Below the pieces are notes generated by a model. That model searched no databases. It had not been told where the DNA came from and saw only the letters and a program-made list of their open reading frames with translations. Below, piece by piece: positions 26,369 to 43,686 of a DNA stretch of 64,000 bases (the first letter of the stretch is position 1; every line of letters begins with the position of its first letter). Source of the stretch: the human T2T-CHM13v2.0 reference genome, Homo sapiens. A program made the translations under genes and the position numbers. The stretch lies in NCBI RefSeq assembly GCF_009914755.1, contig NC_060930.1; one strand, written 5' to 3'.

Positions 26369-27049
26369 TGAAACAATCCAATTATTTTAATGAGCAAAAA
26401 AAGCTAAACAGATACTAGTGAGTAAATGAAAAGGTTCTAAACAACCTTAGTCATTAGAGAAATACAAATTAAATGAATGACAAATTACTGAACAACTATT
26501 ACAACGACTAAAAAGATGTTGACAATACCAAGTGCTAACGAGAATAGGGAGCAACTGAAATGCTTATACACTTTTGGTTTTACTTTGGAAAACAATTTGA
26601 CAATTTCTTATTAAGTAAAATATATACCAACCTTATGGCCTAGCAATCCTACTCCTAAGTATTTATCTAAAGAAATAAAAACTTATGAACACACAAAAAT
26701 CTGTATATGCCTTTTACAGCATCTTTAGGTGTAAACTGACAAAGGTAAAACAACTTAGATGTCCTTCAGCTGAAGAATGAATAAGCAAACTTAGGTACAT
26801 TTGTACATTCTCAGTTTAGACATTCTTTTTCTCATTTTAACAGAAATAGACTGAAACTAAAAAGGTTAACTCATCTCCTAAAGGTGACTTGAGGAATAAG
26901 GGGAAGAGTGGACAATCCATTCCAGATAATTCTTGGCTCACATCTGAGGCTTTTCTTCAAGTACCACACAGCCTGGCTTCTTCTCATGCAGTCAATTTGT
27001 CATCTAAGAACTCATACACAGTGTTCTTTTCTAACTGGATCCCTGCTCC

Positions 27050-28050
27050 ATTTATTCATCCAACACGTATTTATTGAGTGGTGACTACCTGTCAGGCACC
27101 AACCTACATGCTTAGGATGTCATAGTCAACAAAACAGAAAAAGTTTTTTACTTTTATGGAGCTTACATTCTAGCAGGGGCTGACAAACAAACAATAAAAA
27201 TAATATATCAGTTATATTGTACGCTAGAGCGTGATAAACACTATACTTCCAAAATGTAGAGAGCCAAGTAAGGGGATGACGATTTCCAGGGGTGGAAAGA
27301 AGGGCTGTTAATTGTAAATAGAGGGATTTTTGAGGAAGGAAGGGCCTCTTTGAAAAGGCAACATTTGAGCAAAACCTTGAAGTATGCAAGTCAACAGGAA
27401 AAGAAGAGTGTTTCAGGTAGGGTGAACAGCCAACCAGCACAGAGGCCCAAAGGCAGCACAGAGGCAGAGAGGCCAATGGGGTTGTAACTAACAGAGAGCA
27501 AAGTCCCAGGAAATTACCAAAAATGTTGATGTTTACTATGAGTGAAATGGGGAGCCAGTAAGGATTTAAGCAGAGAAGTTAAACAATTTGAACCATATTT
27601 TAAAATAATTACCCTGGCTGCTGTATTGAAAATAAACCGAAAGGATAACAACAGAAGTAGAATGACGAGTTATGAGGCACTGTAATAAACTGGGTGAAAG
27701 AGAGGGATGTCTTGGACAGTCATAGTAGCGAGAAGGGATCATGACAACTAGGTTTTCTTAACAGGATGTGGGAAGATGAGAAACAGAAGGAGTCAAGGCT
27801 GACTCCAAGGTCTTGTCTGAGCAACTGGAAAAATTGAGTTGCCATCAATTGATAAGGAAGAGTGAGGATACTCAGGCTTGCAAATAAAACAAGGAGTTCA
27901 GTTTTGGTCACGTGGAGTCAGAGGTGTCTATTCAACATCACAGCTGCAATTGCAGTTGGATGTATAAAACTGGTGTTCACAAGAGAGGCCTAGACATTAG
28001 CACATAGAAGCTATTTAAAGATCCCATGGGGTCGCCAAAGAGGGGAGTAT
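27050..28050 (-). mobile_element. L2a 3' region
   Basis: ATTCATCCAACACGTATTTATTGAG..GGAGCTTACATTCTAGCAGGGG..GAGTCAAGGCTGACTCCAAGG..GGAGTTCAGTTTTGG. Confidence 0.75.
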
Positions 28051-28052
28051 GA

Positions 28053-28413
28053 ATGATCTTACTTATATATGAAATCTAAAAAAGTTGAACTCATAGAAGT
28101 AGAGAGTAGAATGGTGGTTACCAGAGACTGGAGGGTGGGGTTTGGGGAAATGTTGCTCAGAAGATACAAAATTTCAATTAGACTAGAGAAAGAGATCCAA
28201 GACATCTATTAAAAAACATGGTGACTACAACTACTAGCAATATATTATTGAAAATTGTTAAGAAAGTATGTTTTAAGTGTTCTTATTACAAAAAAATTCA
28301 TAACTATGTGAAGTAATGCATATGTTAATTAGCCTGATTTAACTATTTCACAATTTATACATACTTCAAAACATATTGTATGCCATAAATATGTACAATT
28401 TTTATTTGTCAAT
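28053..28413 (+). mobile_element. L1MA8/9-like 3' end
   Basis: AAAAAAGTTGAACTCATAGAAGTAGAGAGTAGAATGGTGGTTACCAGAG..TGTACAATTTTTATTTGTCAAT. Confidence 0.85.
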
Positions 28414-28436
28414 GGAAGGAAGGAAGGGAGAGAGAG

Positions 28437-28900
28437 AGTCACTTCTCTGCTCAAATTCATCAAAAGACTTCTTATCTCACGCATAATAAAATCCAAAATC
28501 CCAACTTGGCTTTGGATTACAAGTCCCACATGATCTTCTATAATTCTTGCCTTTACTGCCTACTCCAGACACCTTTTTATTCCTTCAGGGCATTTGCACT
28601 TGCTGTTCTCACTGGATTCTCCATGGCTTCCTTTCCCACTTCCTTCAGACTCTGTTCAAATATCCCCTTATCACATTATCAGCAAAGGCATCACTGATGT
28701 GGGAATTTAACATTGCACAGCTCCTCACACTTCCCTCTCTCTTCTAATTAATTTTTCCCAAGGGCTTAAGACCAAAGAATAAACTACATGCTTTACTTAT
28801 TTACTTATGCCTTCTCAATAGAATGTAAGCCTTCATATCTTTTGTTGATTGCTATCTCCACAGAAAAACAGTACAGGGTAGGTTAGGAAATATCAACTGA
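28437..28900 (+). mobile_element. L2a 3' fragment
   Basis: AATAAAATCCAAAATCC..CAGGGCATTTGCACTTGCTGTTC..TAGAATGTAAGC. Confidence 0.65.
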
Positions 28901-30834
28901 ATTTCTAAACCTGAGGAACAAGCAATATTTTATCTAGTATTTTATAGATGAGAAAACTAACCTGAGACTCAGAGAACTTAGTGCAAATGATCAAAATCAC
29001 AGAGTATGCACTGGTAAAGTCTAGAAGCCTAATAAAGAGAGATTCTTCTTTTTTTTTTCCCCCCTTTGCTTTGGGCCAGCTCTGAAAAAGCTCATTGCAA
29101 AAGAGGAAAGGGAAAATCTTCTAAAGATTTGCTGCCCTTCAGTTGCTTTTCATAATGTGCAAAAAAAAAAAAATCAGGAAATATTGAAAAAACTGGGAAT
29201 ATTTGTTAATATTAACAGCCTTTGACCTATTTAGTGCTTAGATTGAATGTCTAAATGAAATTCATACAAAGGAAGAGCTGTGCATGACAGCTGGTCTCAT
29301 TTTTTTCTTCCCTTTTTCCACACGGCTTGTAGCTTGATTCACTCCAGTGGAAGAGGACAAATAATTCACTGAGTTATTTGATATGGATAATGAACAATCA
29401 ACCCATGTGAGTTATTCAGAGTTTGAAAAATGAAAGGAAATTACTTTGGAAGGGAGATGAGTCCAAGGACCACATCAGCAAACTAGGAGAATGCACACAG
29501 ACAGGAATGATATTTGGAACGCAAGCAGACATTCATACCTGAAAGCTGTTCTGGAAATAACTGCTATTATTGCCCCCACTGAGATGCTGCACTGAAGAAC
29601 ACAGGCCACCAGTCCCATCTAAAACTAAAAATATCCAAGTTGTATCAGTAAAATCACTTTCATAGTTATTTGATTCTATACAATTATAAGTTTTCATTAA
29701 AAGTTTAGGTCTCAGGTTTATCCAGAAGTTTTCAGTTATTTACAAGATATTTGCTCAAGTTATCCATCTGAGGTAGGAAGCATTTCTATACTCATCATTT
29801 ATTTTAAATAGTTAATGCCTTATCTGCCAACACGAGCCTAATGATGAATTTAGGTGATGATTTGAAGAATACTGGGATGGTTATTATTTCATTAAAAAAA
29901 CACCTCCAGTGAGGGTTTTTGTTTCCCTTTAACTCCAACAGTGCTCATAGGACTGCCTCAATCCCTTTCACTGAGCCAGGCCCAGATCACCTGATTTATC
30001 TGGATAAAGTTCCTTTGATGGTGAAGAGACAGGGGGAAAAAAGGAATATGTTAGATTTTTTTCCAGTCCTATTAAGGCACAAGACTCTGAATCATTCCCA
30101 CCAAAAGATCCAGAAAACAAGTACTGAGACTCAAGAATAAGACATCAAGATAGGGAACAAGTAGAACAAATCTTAGCATAGCCTTGGGGGTGGTTGAAGA
30201 ATAAGCTGCATGGCTGGTCTAAAACTCTGTGAACATACCTTCAAGAGAGTTGTGGGTAACAAGCCCTCATTCCAGTTCTGCAGCTTTAAGTTCAGTAGCT
30301 CACCAGGATTGCGCTTTGTTAGTCTGGAGAGGAGGCATGTTATGAATGAGAGCTGTGTTCCTGTCTGAGTCTTCTGTTTTACTCAGCAGTCACATGGTAT
30401 ATTGTATAACCCTGAAATCCTATGAGATAGATATACATAGCTCAGGTGAAGTGATCCTCCCAACACACATCCAGACTGCTTTAGGTGTAGTCTGTTGACG
30501 TGATCCAGCTTCACCTGCACATGTATAAGGCTGTCCTGAGGAGTGCAGTGTGGGTGATTGGGCTTCCTGAGGTTCTGAGGAGTATCCGGAAGCTAGTGCC
30601 TTCATAAATAGCCCTGACAAGGGTTGCTGATTACACCCACTTCCCTCTGTATTATTTAAAAAAGCAAATTTTATTTAACTGATCCAACAGGTGTTTTGTC
30701 TTTCTGTTACTGCAAATCTACAAGAAAAATTGACTGGCAATTATCAATACAAAGTTTGTGCTTGCAGTTTAGCATTTTGCATTGGTGTTTTGGCTGATAG
30801 GAAAGGAAAAGCCCTGTTTTAACAACTTCTCTAA

Positions 30835-31090
30835 TTACACATACACAAACATATATATTAAATAAAGCAGATAATTATATATATGAATAACAAATGTAAA
30901 AGAAATATTTCCAAATGCTATATTGTTTATTAATATATAAATATTAGTTTTTAACCAATAAAAATAAAATTCTATATTAAATATGTATATAAAATACGTA
31001 TATTTAATATTTGTATATTTATACACAAATATTAGATAAACAAATTTATATAAATACATATATATTTAAATACATATATATATAAACATT
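30835..31090. repeat. AT-rich, (TA)n-like low complexity
   Basis: Extremely AT-rich degenerate TATA runs. Confidence 0.85.
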
Positions 31091-32400
31091 ATGATACTTT
31101 CTAAGAGACTTTCTTAATTCCCTTCATGCTGAGAAGTGTGTTACAGAATGAAAGGGTCACAGACCTAAGTATTTTAGCAAAGAAACAATTTTTAATATAA
31201 GTATATATCGTTTGAAGGTATTTGACCTGACCTTTATAATAGAAGTATTTTTCCAAGCATTTTAGTTACAGGTGCTCATATTTGCTAACTATTCCAGTGA
31301 GGCAACACATGACAAAAATGCCATTAAGATGACAGATGTACCAGATGTAGATAATGCCCCCAAATTGGCTCTTAGAAATTTTACATGAAATGAAGGCAGA
31401 AGCTGAAAACTGTGATTCCCAAAACCACTAGTTTCAAATGTAACTCTGCTTCTCACAAAATGTATAGGCTACCTTTGCTAAAGAATCAGGAATCAAAGTA
31501 TCTAGATAAAATTAATAAAGATGGTATATTTAGAAAACAAATTAGAGTTTTATATAAGCACTAAGCCACATTAAGCTATTCAAGATAATTAACTTCAAGA
31601 ACTAATCAACAAATGGAAGTCTGAGATATAGAAGATAATTATTTAAAATTCAAAGAATTCTCCTATAAATGAATGCAGTGAAACAGCACTAATCCTTGTT
31701 CTTCATTGGACTCTGAATCAAATGTGTGCCAAAAACAAAACCACTTCAGCACAGGTGCAGCCTATAAGCCATAGGGAAAAGGGAGCTGAAAGAAGTTAGC
31801 AATCCTGCACAAGAATCCTGCATAGGAAGCAAGGGTCAGTTTCTCTCCTTTGATTCCAAGAAGAATGGGACTCACAGGAACTCGGAGACAGGACGGTTTG
31901 TACTGGCAGGTTTGTGGCACCTTGTGGACATTTTCCAAACCAGACCAGAACTTGTCGTTACTTCTTCCTGCTCCTATTTGAGATGAGAGAGCTACTACAA
32001 AAGCCACTTTTGCTATTTTCTTTAGACACAGGACATTCCTTTAGGCTATATCCTCCACATATCCTCCACAAATTTTTTTGTATTTTGAAATACAAAAAAG
32101 CTTTGTATTTCAACTTTCATGAGGTCTCTACCCTCTCTGTCTAGTGGCTTCACATCTGAAATCACATCATCTGCATGGCCTCATTACAAGAAGTGTCCAG
32201 TGCAAACTCTAGATAGCTTTAGCTACCTTTCCCGAGGGAAGGCTCCCCCAACATCACCCATAGCTCTCTGCACACTGCTGACTCTAAAGAAATGATGCAC
32301 TGTTTACACATCCAGTCAAGTCTTCCGGGATGCCTGGTGTTCACACCCTGTCTGAGAGATGGGATCTGATGAGTTATTGTGCTTAAAGATCTCCAAAGCA

Positions 32401-32793
<393 letters not shown>

Positions 32794-32868
32794 TCAGTGC
32801 CTGTTTAGATTCTCCACTATTCCTCTGTGTTCATCCTCTGTTTATCCTCTTTCAGTGTGTTCCCGTGC

Positions 32869-32886
32869 GTGTGTGTGTGTGTGTGT
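32869..32886. repeat. (GT)9 microsatellite
   Basis: Read directly. Confidence 0.9.
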
Positions 32887-33207
32887 ACACATGCACATCT
32901 TTGTTTTTTCCTACATTTTCATTTTCCTCTTCCCTTCCTCTTTTATCCATTGTATAATAGCATTGTAGTTTGCTATTTCCAGGGATGGGTGTTACATTAT
33001 CCATGTATACAGATAAAGACTGTGATTTCTGCCATGTAGCACCACAGCACTTCTTGGGATAAGATGAGAACTCCAACTCTCCTGAAGGAGATGACTCTAA
33101 CAAGGTTGAGCATCTTTGCAAAATGAATATTCCTCGGGTTAGGGTGGTCCTACAGAGGAGTTTACCTTCAACAATAAATTAGAATCTTAGAGGTAAAAAT
33201 ACTCTCA

Positions 33208-33563
<356 letters not shown>

Positions 33564-33989
33564 TCAAATAACATTTTTAGCCACCAAACAAAACTGATTA
33601 TTAAAACAATTATGGTTTATAAATGTCATTATCACATAGTATTATTTTAAAAGTCAACTAATTACCCTAAGAGGATGGCAAAATCTACCCAGTATAGCAG
33701 CATTGTTAAAGTTTTCCAAATAAAACAAAGGCCATTAGTTTTGACACTCTGTTAGAGTGCCAATTAATACAGTATTTGTGTAACAGTGAAGAAATATGCT
33801 ACAAAAAAACTTTATATATTTATATAATAAAATTGGTGTAGACTATGTTTTATTAATAAAAATAGTACTAAGAATAGCTTTTTATTAGCTTTCTGTATAA
33901 CAGAAAGTGATCAACTAGTGAGCAACCAGAATCTGTAGCCTTCCATGTAAAATGTATAAATACACAAATAAATGTTTCTTAAAAATCTT

Positions 33990-34202
33990 TATCAAGCCTT
34001 TTTTATTATGTGCCAAGTACTAAAATGCACACTAGTCCTCATGAAATCATATAAACGGGCCTATTTATTATCTTTTTTATGAGAATGATGAGACTTAGAA
34101 CAAGCAGATAACTTGCTGAAAGTCTCACATCTAGTGAGTTGACAAGTTAAAACTGAAACCCAGGTTTTCTGAGTCCAAATCCTAAGTTTGTTCTCCCATT
34201 AT
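33990..34202 (-). mobile_element. MIR
   Basis: TATGTGCCAAGTACT..ATAACTTGCTGAAAGTCTCACATCTAGTGAGT..AAACCCAGGTTTTCTGAGTCCAAA. Confidence 0.65.
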
Positions 34203-36232
34203 GGTTTATCTAATCCTATAATGTATGTAGTTACCTTGTAAATAATTGTATTTACAAATAATTTAAGTAATTATGTAGTTATTTTGTAACTGTAGTAGTT
34301 ATTTTGTAACATGATGAAGGAAGAGAAAATGGTCTCTGGAAAAGCCAAGAACAAGTTTAAAAGACCTGAATGTGTTTTCCCTTTTTCCCTCTGTGTCCCT
34401 ACCTCCCTTTTGCTGGCTCTATCATTCAGCTCTGCAGAATATTCGCATTGCCAGAAGCTGAAAGTGAGCAATGAAGATTCTCCTATATCATTAAATACTT
34501 TCATAGTAACTCCGCTTGACTGGCAGATACAAAGAGGCTTCCCTGTGACATCCATCACATGGCCCAGAACCGCTCTAAGCTTGGTCTCAGTGACAAATGC
34601 TTGAAGTTAATCATCCATATGCTTCCACTTTTCCTGTGAAGACATTGATCAAGCTGTGTTGACAGAGCCTGGATGAAATATAGGTCTCTGGGAAATGCTG
34701 AGCTGGCTTTGAATCTACCATTATTTGAGCACAAGGCAACAGCTTGAGGGACATCTGTCATTTTGGTTTGACATTAACTGTCCTCTTCAATTTGAGGCCA
34801 CATGTGTTTTGGTCAGAGTTGTGGATTCTATAAATGTCCTACATGCCTATCATGAAGCTGATGACTGGCAACAGGCTAAAACAGACTTCCATGCTAACAA
34901 CAGTATCATTTAAATAACCAAAGAACATTGTAGGGCTTCAATACAGAAAATCATACGATGCTCTGTTATCTAAACAATAAAAAAACTGCTTTATATATTA
35001 TAACATTTTCCATTTAATAGAAAGCATCACATACATTATTCTCCATATAATTTAATGATCTGGGTTTCAAATGCTTTTAAAACTCCTATTTTTCTATACC
35101 CTTAAATTAGCTATTTTCCCTCTTCTAGACATAGAAGAAAGTGCACGTAGCTTTACAGACTATATGAAGAACTGAGTCATGCAAGTGAAGCAAGATATTT
35201 AGAATGAAAAATAATTTACTTTGGACCCATGGAGAAAAAAAAACTACATTTTATGTACACTGGAAAGAAAAATGTCAGAAGTCAGATGGGTACTAGCTCT
35301 GTGTAAATTTGCCCCAACTCTCAAATTTATAACGTTACACTTAATTCAAGTAAAATTTTTAGAATGGAAAAATTGTGTTATAAGTATTGTGTAGGTTCTA
35401 AGACTAGGTTGAAAAAACCAGTTACCATAAAGAAGCAGGGTTATAATACAAAGGACTCAGTAGAGTCCCAGATACAAGTAGCTGAGGGTATGTAATGTTA
35501 GGGGAAAACAAACAAACAAAATACCATAAGAGACAAGATTCTGTGTTTTGTAGTCATAGTACAAAGCAAAGCTCAGTAAAAATTGTGTAGCAAACAACTT
35601 GCCTTTTTATTTCTCCCAATGTCCTTTTTGATATACCGCTCTAACTTCTTCCCAGTTGCCCAATGTCATCATGCAGCCGTGCTTCTCTCATACAAACCCA
35701 GCTCCTGAACTATTTAATGCTAAAAAATTAAGTAATTATCTGCCTCCCATCATACATTCAATTTTACAAAAGAAGTGGAGCAATCCAGCTGAATTCATAT
35801 GTGCAATATCTAACTGACATATGCAACTGTCTCACATATGTATATGTGTCTCATGTATGTAAACCTTTCTAAAGTAAATGTTTATTAACCCATATGAAGC
35901 TCTAATCTTGTGGATTTTCAAACTTTGAATATGGTTGAAAATACATTTCAAATTATAAGAAATTTCAAGATTCAGAGGTATATACCTGAATAGAAAGACC
36001 ACTAACCTTAGTAAGCAATCTAACAAGTGAGTCTACTCAGGAATATGGCACTTGGATTGGCATTCCAAGCTATTCCCGATTGTTATACCTTCATTCTTTT
36101 TCATCTTCACCTCCTTTTTCTTCATTTTATCTATCAACGGATATCGACTACATATAGTGCCAAATGCAATAAATAAAAGATGATACCAAAATCATGGAAT
36201 GTGATGTGATTCTCCCTTATAATTTAGAGTGG

Positions 36233-36520
36233 GGCGAGTGTGGTGGCTCAGCCTGTAATCCTGGCACTTTGGGAGGCCAAGGGAGATGGATCACTTGAGG
36301 TCAGGAGTTGGAGACCAGTCTGGCCAACATGGCAAAACCCCTTCTCCACTAAAAATACAAAAATTAGCAAGGAATGGTGGCATGTGCCTGTAGTCCCAGC
36401 TACTTAGGAGGCTGAGGCATAAGAATAGCTTGAACACAGGAGGCAGAGGTTGCAGTGATCCGAGATTGCATCACTGCACTCCAGCCTTGGCAATACAGTG
36501 AGACTCCGTCCCCCCCAAAA
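36233..36520 (+). mobile_element. AluSx/Sz
   Basis: GATCACTTGAGGTCAGGAGTT; degenerate TSD AATTTAGAGTGG/AAATTAGAATGG. Confidence 0.92.
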
Positions 36521-36596
36521 AATTAGAATGGCATGGATTCTTTCCCGCACCTATTAGTTCATGAGAACTAATGAGGTCACATTAAGAATAAAACTA

Positions 36597-37622
36597 CTGG
36601 GATGGAGCCAAGATGGCCGAATAGGAACAGCTCCGGTCTACCACTCCCAGCCTGAGTGCAGAAGATGGGTGATTTCTGCACTTCCATCTAAGGTACCAGG
36701 TTCATCTCACTAGGCAGTGCCAGACAGTGGGCGGAGGACAGTGGGTGCAGCGCACCATGCACGAGCTGAAGCAGGGCGAGGCATTGCCTCACTCAGGAAG
36801 CACAAGGGGTCAGGGAGTTCCCTTTCCTAGTCAAAGAAAGGGGTGACAGATGGCACCTGGAAAATCAGGTCACTCCCACCCTAATACTGTGCTTTTCCCA
36901 CGGGCTTAAAAAACTGCACACCAGGAGATTATATCCCGCACTTGGCTCGGAGGGTCCTACACCCACGGAGTCTCGCTGATTGCTAGCACAGCAGTCTGAG
37001 ATCAAACTGCAAGGTGGGAGCGAGGCTGGGGGAGGGGCGCCTGCCATTGCCCAGGCTTGATTAGGTAAACAAAGCAGCTGGGAAGCTCGAACTGGGTGGA
37101 GCCCACCACAGCTCAAGGAGGCCTGCCTGCCCCGGTAGGCTCCACCTCTGGGGGCAGGGCACAGACAAACAATAAGACAGCAGTAACCTCTGCAGACTTA
37201 AATGTCCCTGTCTGACAGCTTTGAAGAGAGCAGTGGTTCTCCCAGCAGCAGCTGGAGATCTGGGAATGGGCAGACTGCCTCCTCAAGTGGGTCCTTGACC
37301 CCCGAGCAGCCTAACTGGAAAGCACCCCCCAGTAGGGGCAGACTGACACCTCACACGGCCGGGTACTCCTCTGAGACAAAATTTCCAGAGGAACGATCAG
37401 GCAGCAACATTTGCAGTTCACCAAGATCTGCTGTTCTACAGCCACTGCTGCTGATACCCAGGCAAACAGGGTCTGGAGTGGATCTCTAGCAAACTCCAAC
37501 AGACCTGCAGCTGAGGGTCCTGTCTGTTAAAAGGAAAACTAACAAACAGAAAGGACATCCACACCAAAAACCCTTCTGTATGTCACCATCATCAAAGACC
37601 AAAAGTAGATAAAACCACAAAG
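36597..37622 (+). promoter_or_regulatory. L1 5'UTR internal promoter (sense and antisense); YY1 site near the 5' end
   Basis: Intact CAAGATGGCC YY1 motif at ~36609-36618; full-length 5'UTR with many CpG>TpG/CpA changes; activity not shown. Confidence 0.75.
36865..37047 (-). pseudogene. L1 antisense ORF0, truncated to 60 aa
   Basis: MAGAPPPASLPPCSLISDCCASNQRDSVGVGPSEP...IRVGVT then TGA (CGA>TGA). Confidence 0.8.
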
Positions 37623-38628
37623 ATGGGGAAAAAACAGAGCAGAAAAACTGGAAACTCTAAAAAGCAGAGTGCCTCTCCTCCTCCAAAGGAATGCAGCTCC
37701 TAATCAGCAACGGAAAAAAGCTGGACAGAAAATGACTTTGACAAGCTGAGAGAAGAAGGCTTCAGACGATCAAACTACTCCAAGCTACAGGAGGAAACTC
37801 AAACCAATGGCAAAGAAGTTAAAAACTTTGAAAAAAAATCAGATGAAGGCATAACTAGAATAACCAATGCAGAGAAGTCCTTAAAGGAGCTGATGCAGCT
37901 GAAAGCCAAGGCTTGAGAACTACGTGAAGAATGCAGAAGCCTCAGGAGCTGATGCAATCAACTGGAAGAAAGGGTATCAGTGATGGAAGATGAAATGAAT
38001 GAAATGAAGCGAGAAGAGAAGTTTAGAGAAAAAAGAATAAAAAGAAACGAACAAAGCCTCCAAGAAATATGGGACTGTGTGAAAAGACCAAATCTACATC
38101 TGATTGGTGTACCTGAAAATGGCGGGGAGAATGGAACCAAGTTGGAAAACACTCTGCAGGATATTATCCAAGAGAACTTCCCCAATCTAGCAAGGCAGGC
38201 CAACATTCAGATTCAGGAAATACAGAGAACGCCACAAAGATACTCCTCCAGAAGAGCAACTCCAAGACAGATTTACCAAAGTTGAAATGAAGGAAAAAAT
38301 GTTAAGGGCAGCCAGAGAGAAAGGTCGGGTTACCCACAAAGGGAAGCCCAACAGACTAACAGCTGATCTCTCAGCAGAAACTCTACAAGCCAGAAGAGAG
38401 TGTGGACCAATATTCAACATTCTTAAAGAAAAGAATTTTCAACCCAGAATTTCATATCCAGCCAAACTAAGCTTCACAAGTGAAGGAGAAATAAAATCCT
38501 TTACAGACAAGCAAATGCTGAGAGATTTTGTCACCACCAGGCCTCCCCTACAAGAGCTCCTGAAGGAAGCACTAAACATGGAAAGGAACAGCTGGTACCA
38601 GCCACTGCAAAAACATGCCAAGTAATAA
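37623..38628 (+). pseudogene. L1 ORF1 (RNA-binding chaperone), disrupted
   Basis: ATGGGGAAAAAACAG start; in-frame stops (e.g. TAA ~37701); ~11-bp frameshifting deletion near 38270; fragments KRPNLHLIGVPE and MKEKMLRAAREKG. Confidence 0.95.
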
Positions 38629-38691
38629 AGACCATCAAGGCTAGGAAGAAACTGCATCAACTAACGAGCAAAATAACCAGCTAACATCATA

Positions 38692-42515
<3,824 letters not shown>

Positions 42516-43686
42516 ACAATGAGAACACATGGACACAGGAAGGGAACATCACACTCCGAGGACTGTTGTGAGGTGGGGGGAGGGGGGAGGGATAGCATTA
42601 GGAGATATACCTAATGCTAAATGATGAGTTAATGGGTGCAGCACACCAACATGGCACACGTACACATATGTAACAAACCTGCACATTGTGCACACGTACC
42701 CTAAAACTTAAAGTATAATAATAATGAAATAAAAAAAGAATAAAACTATGGGGTTTTATTTTTGTTTTTTGTTTGTTTGTTTTTGTTTTATTGGTTGGTT
42801 TTTAACTAGCTCACCCTAGGTACCATAATTATGGAGGTTATGAATTTTATAGAAGAATAGGCAAAGAAAAGACTCCTAGCTAAAATAAAAATGAAAACAA
42901 ATATTTATAAAGAAGTGAGAAAACAAAACTTTCAAAGAAACAGTGGATAGATTACCTGGAGTCAGAAATGTACAGAGGAAAGACCATGAGCACCTGAGTC
43001 ATGGTGTCTACACCAGTTAGCTGGCAGTAGGAAGTTGAGGAGTACAAGGATTAAGATACATAAACTATTTGTCCTACAGTTACTGGTTCATGAATTATTG
43101 TATCCACCCTCCAGAAATCACAGGACACATAACACATATTTAAAAATGGAAAATAAAGTAAGAAAAATACCTTAGGTTGAAATGCATGCTAAGGAGTCTC
43201 AGTTTTTTTTTTTTTTTTTTTTTTTGATACCATGTTCCAAATATTTAGGGGAAACTTGATAATAGGCTTTTACTTTGCAGTGGTATAAACTGTCCTAGAA
43301 GAAGACTGACTGCTGCATTAGGAATAAAAGAGAACACAAAAGTCGAAAAAAGGAAGTAAGCATCCAGACTGAGGGTAATAATGGTGAAGAAATAAAAAGA
43401 CCTATATAAGAAAAGCTTGTATGTATTGATCTTTAAGGTCATAACAGTAACCTAGCAACAGGAGTGAGTCTGGGAAAATAAGGCTGTAGAAATACTACAC
43501 AGAATTTGGAAACTATTATTAATTGGGTATCTGTGAATCAGAAGCTTTCTTTCATCTTTACATTTATTAGCCCTTTGGAAAGATCTTCAGTCCAAATCAT
43601 AGAAATTTATTTCAGCAAAACTTTGATCAACCAAAATTAGAATGACCAACTAGCAGACCATTTCATTATTCAAAATGACAATTGTA

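Larger units (their letters stand above)
23520..26810 (+). mobile_element. L1MC/L1MD ORF2-3' fragment split by FLAM+THE1 (L1 parts ~23520-23920 and ~26370-26810)
   Basis: AACAAATGGTGCTGGAAAAATTGG; GACAAGCCACAGACTGGGAGAAAATATTT; CCTAGCAATCCTACTCCTAAGTATTTATC. Confidence 0.75.
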
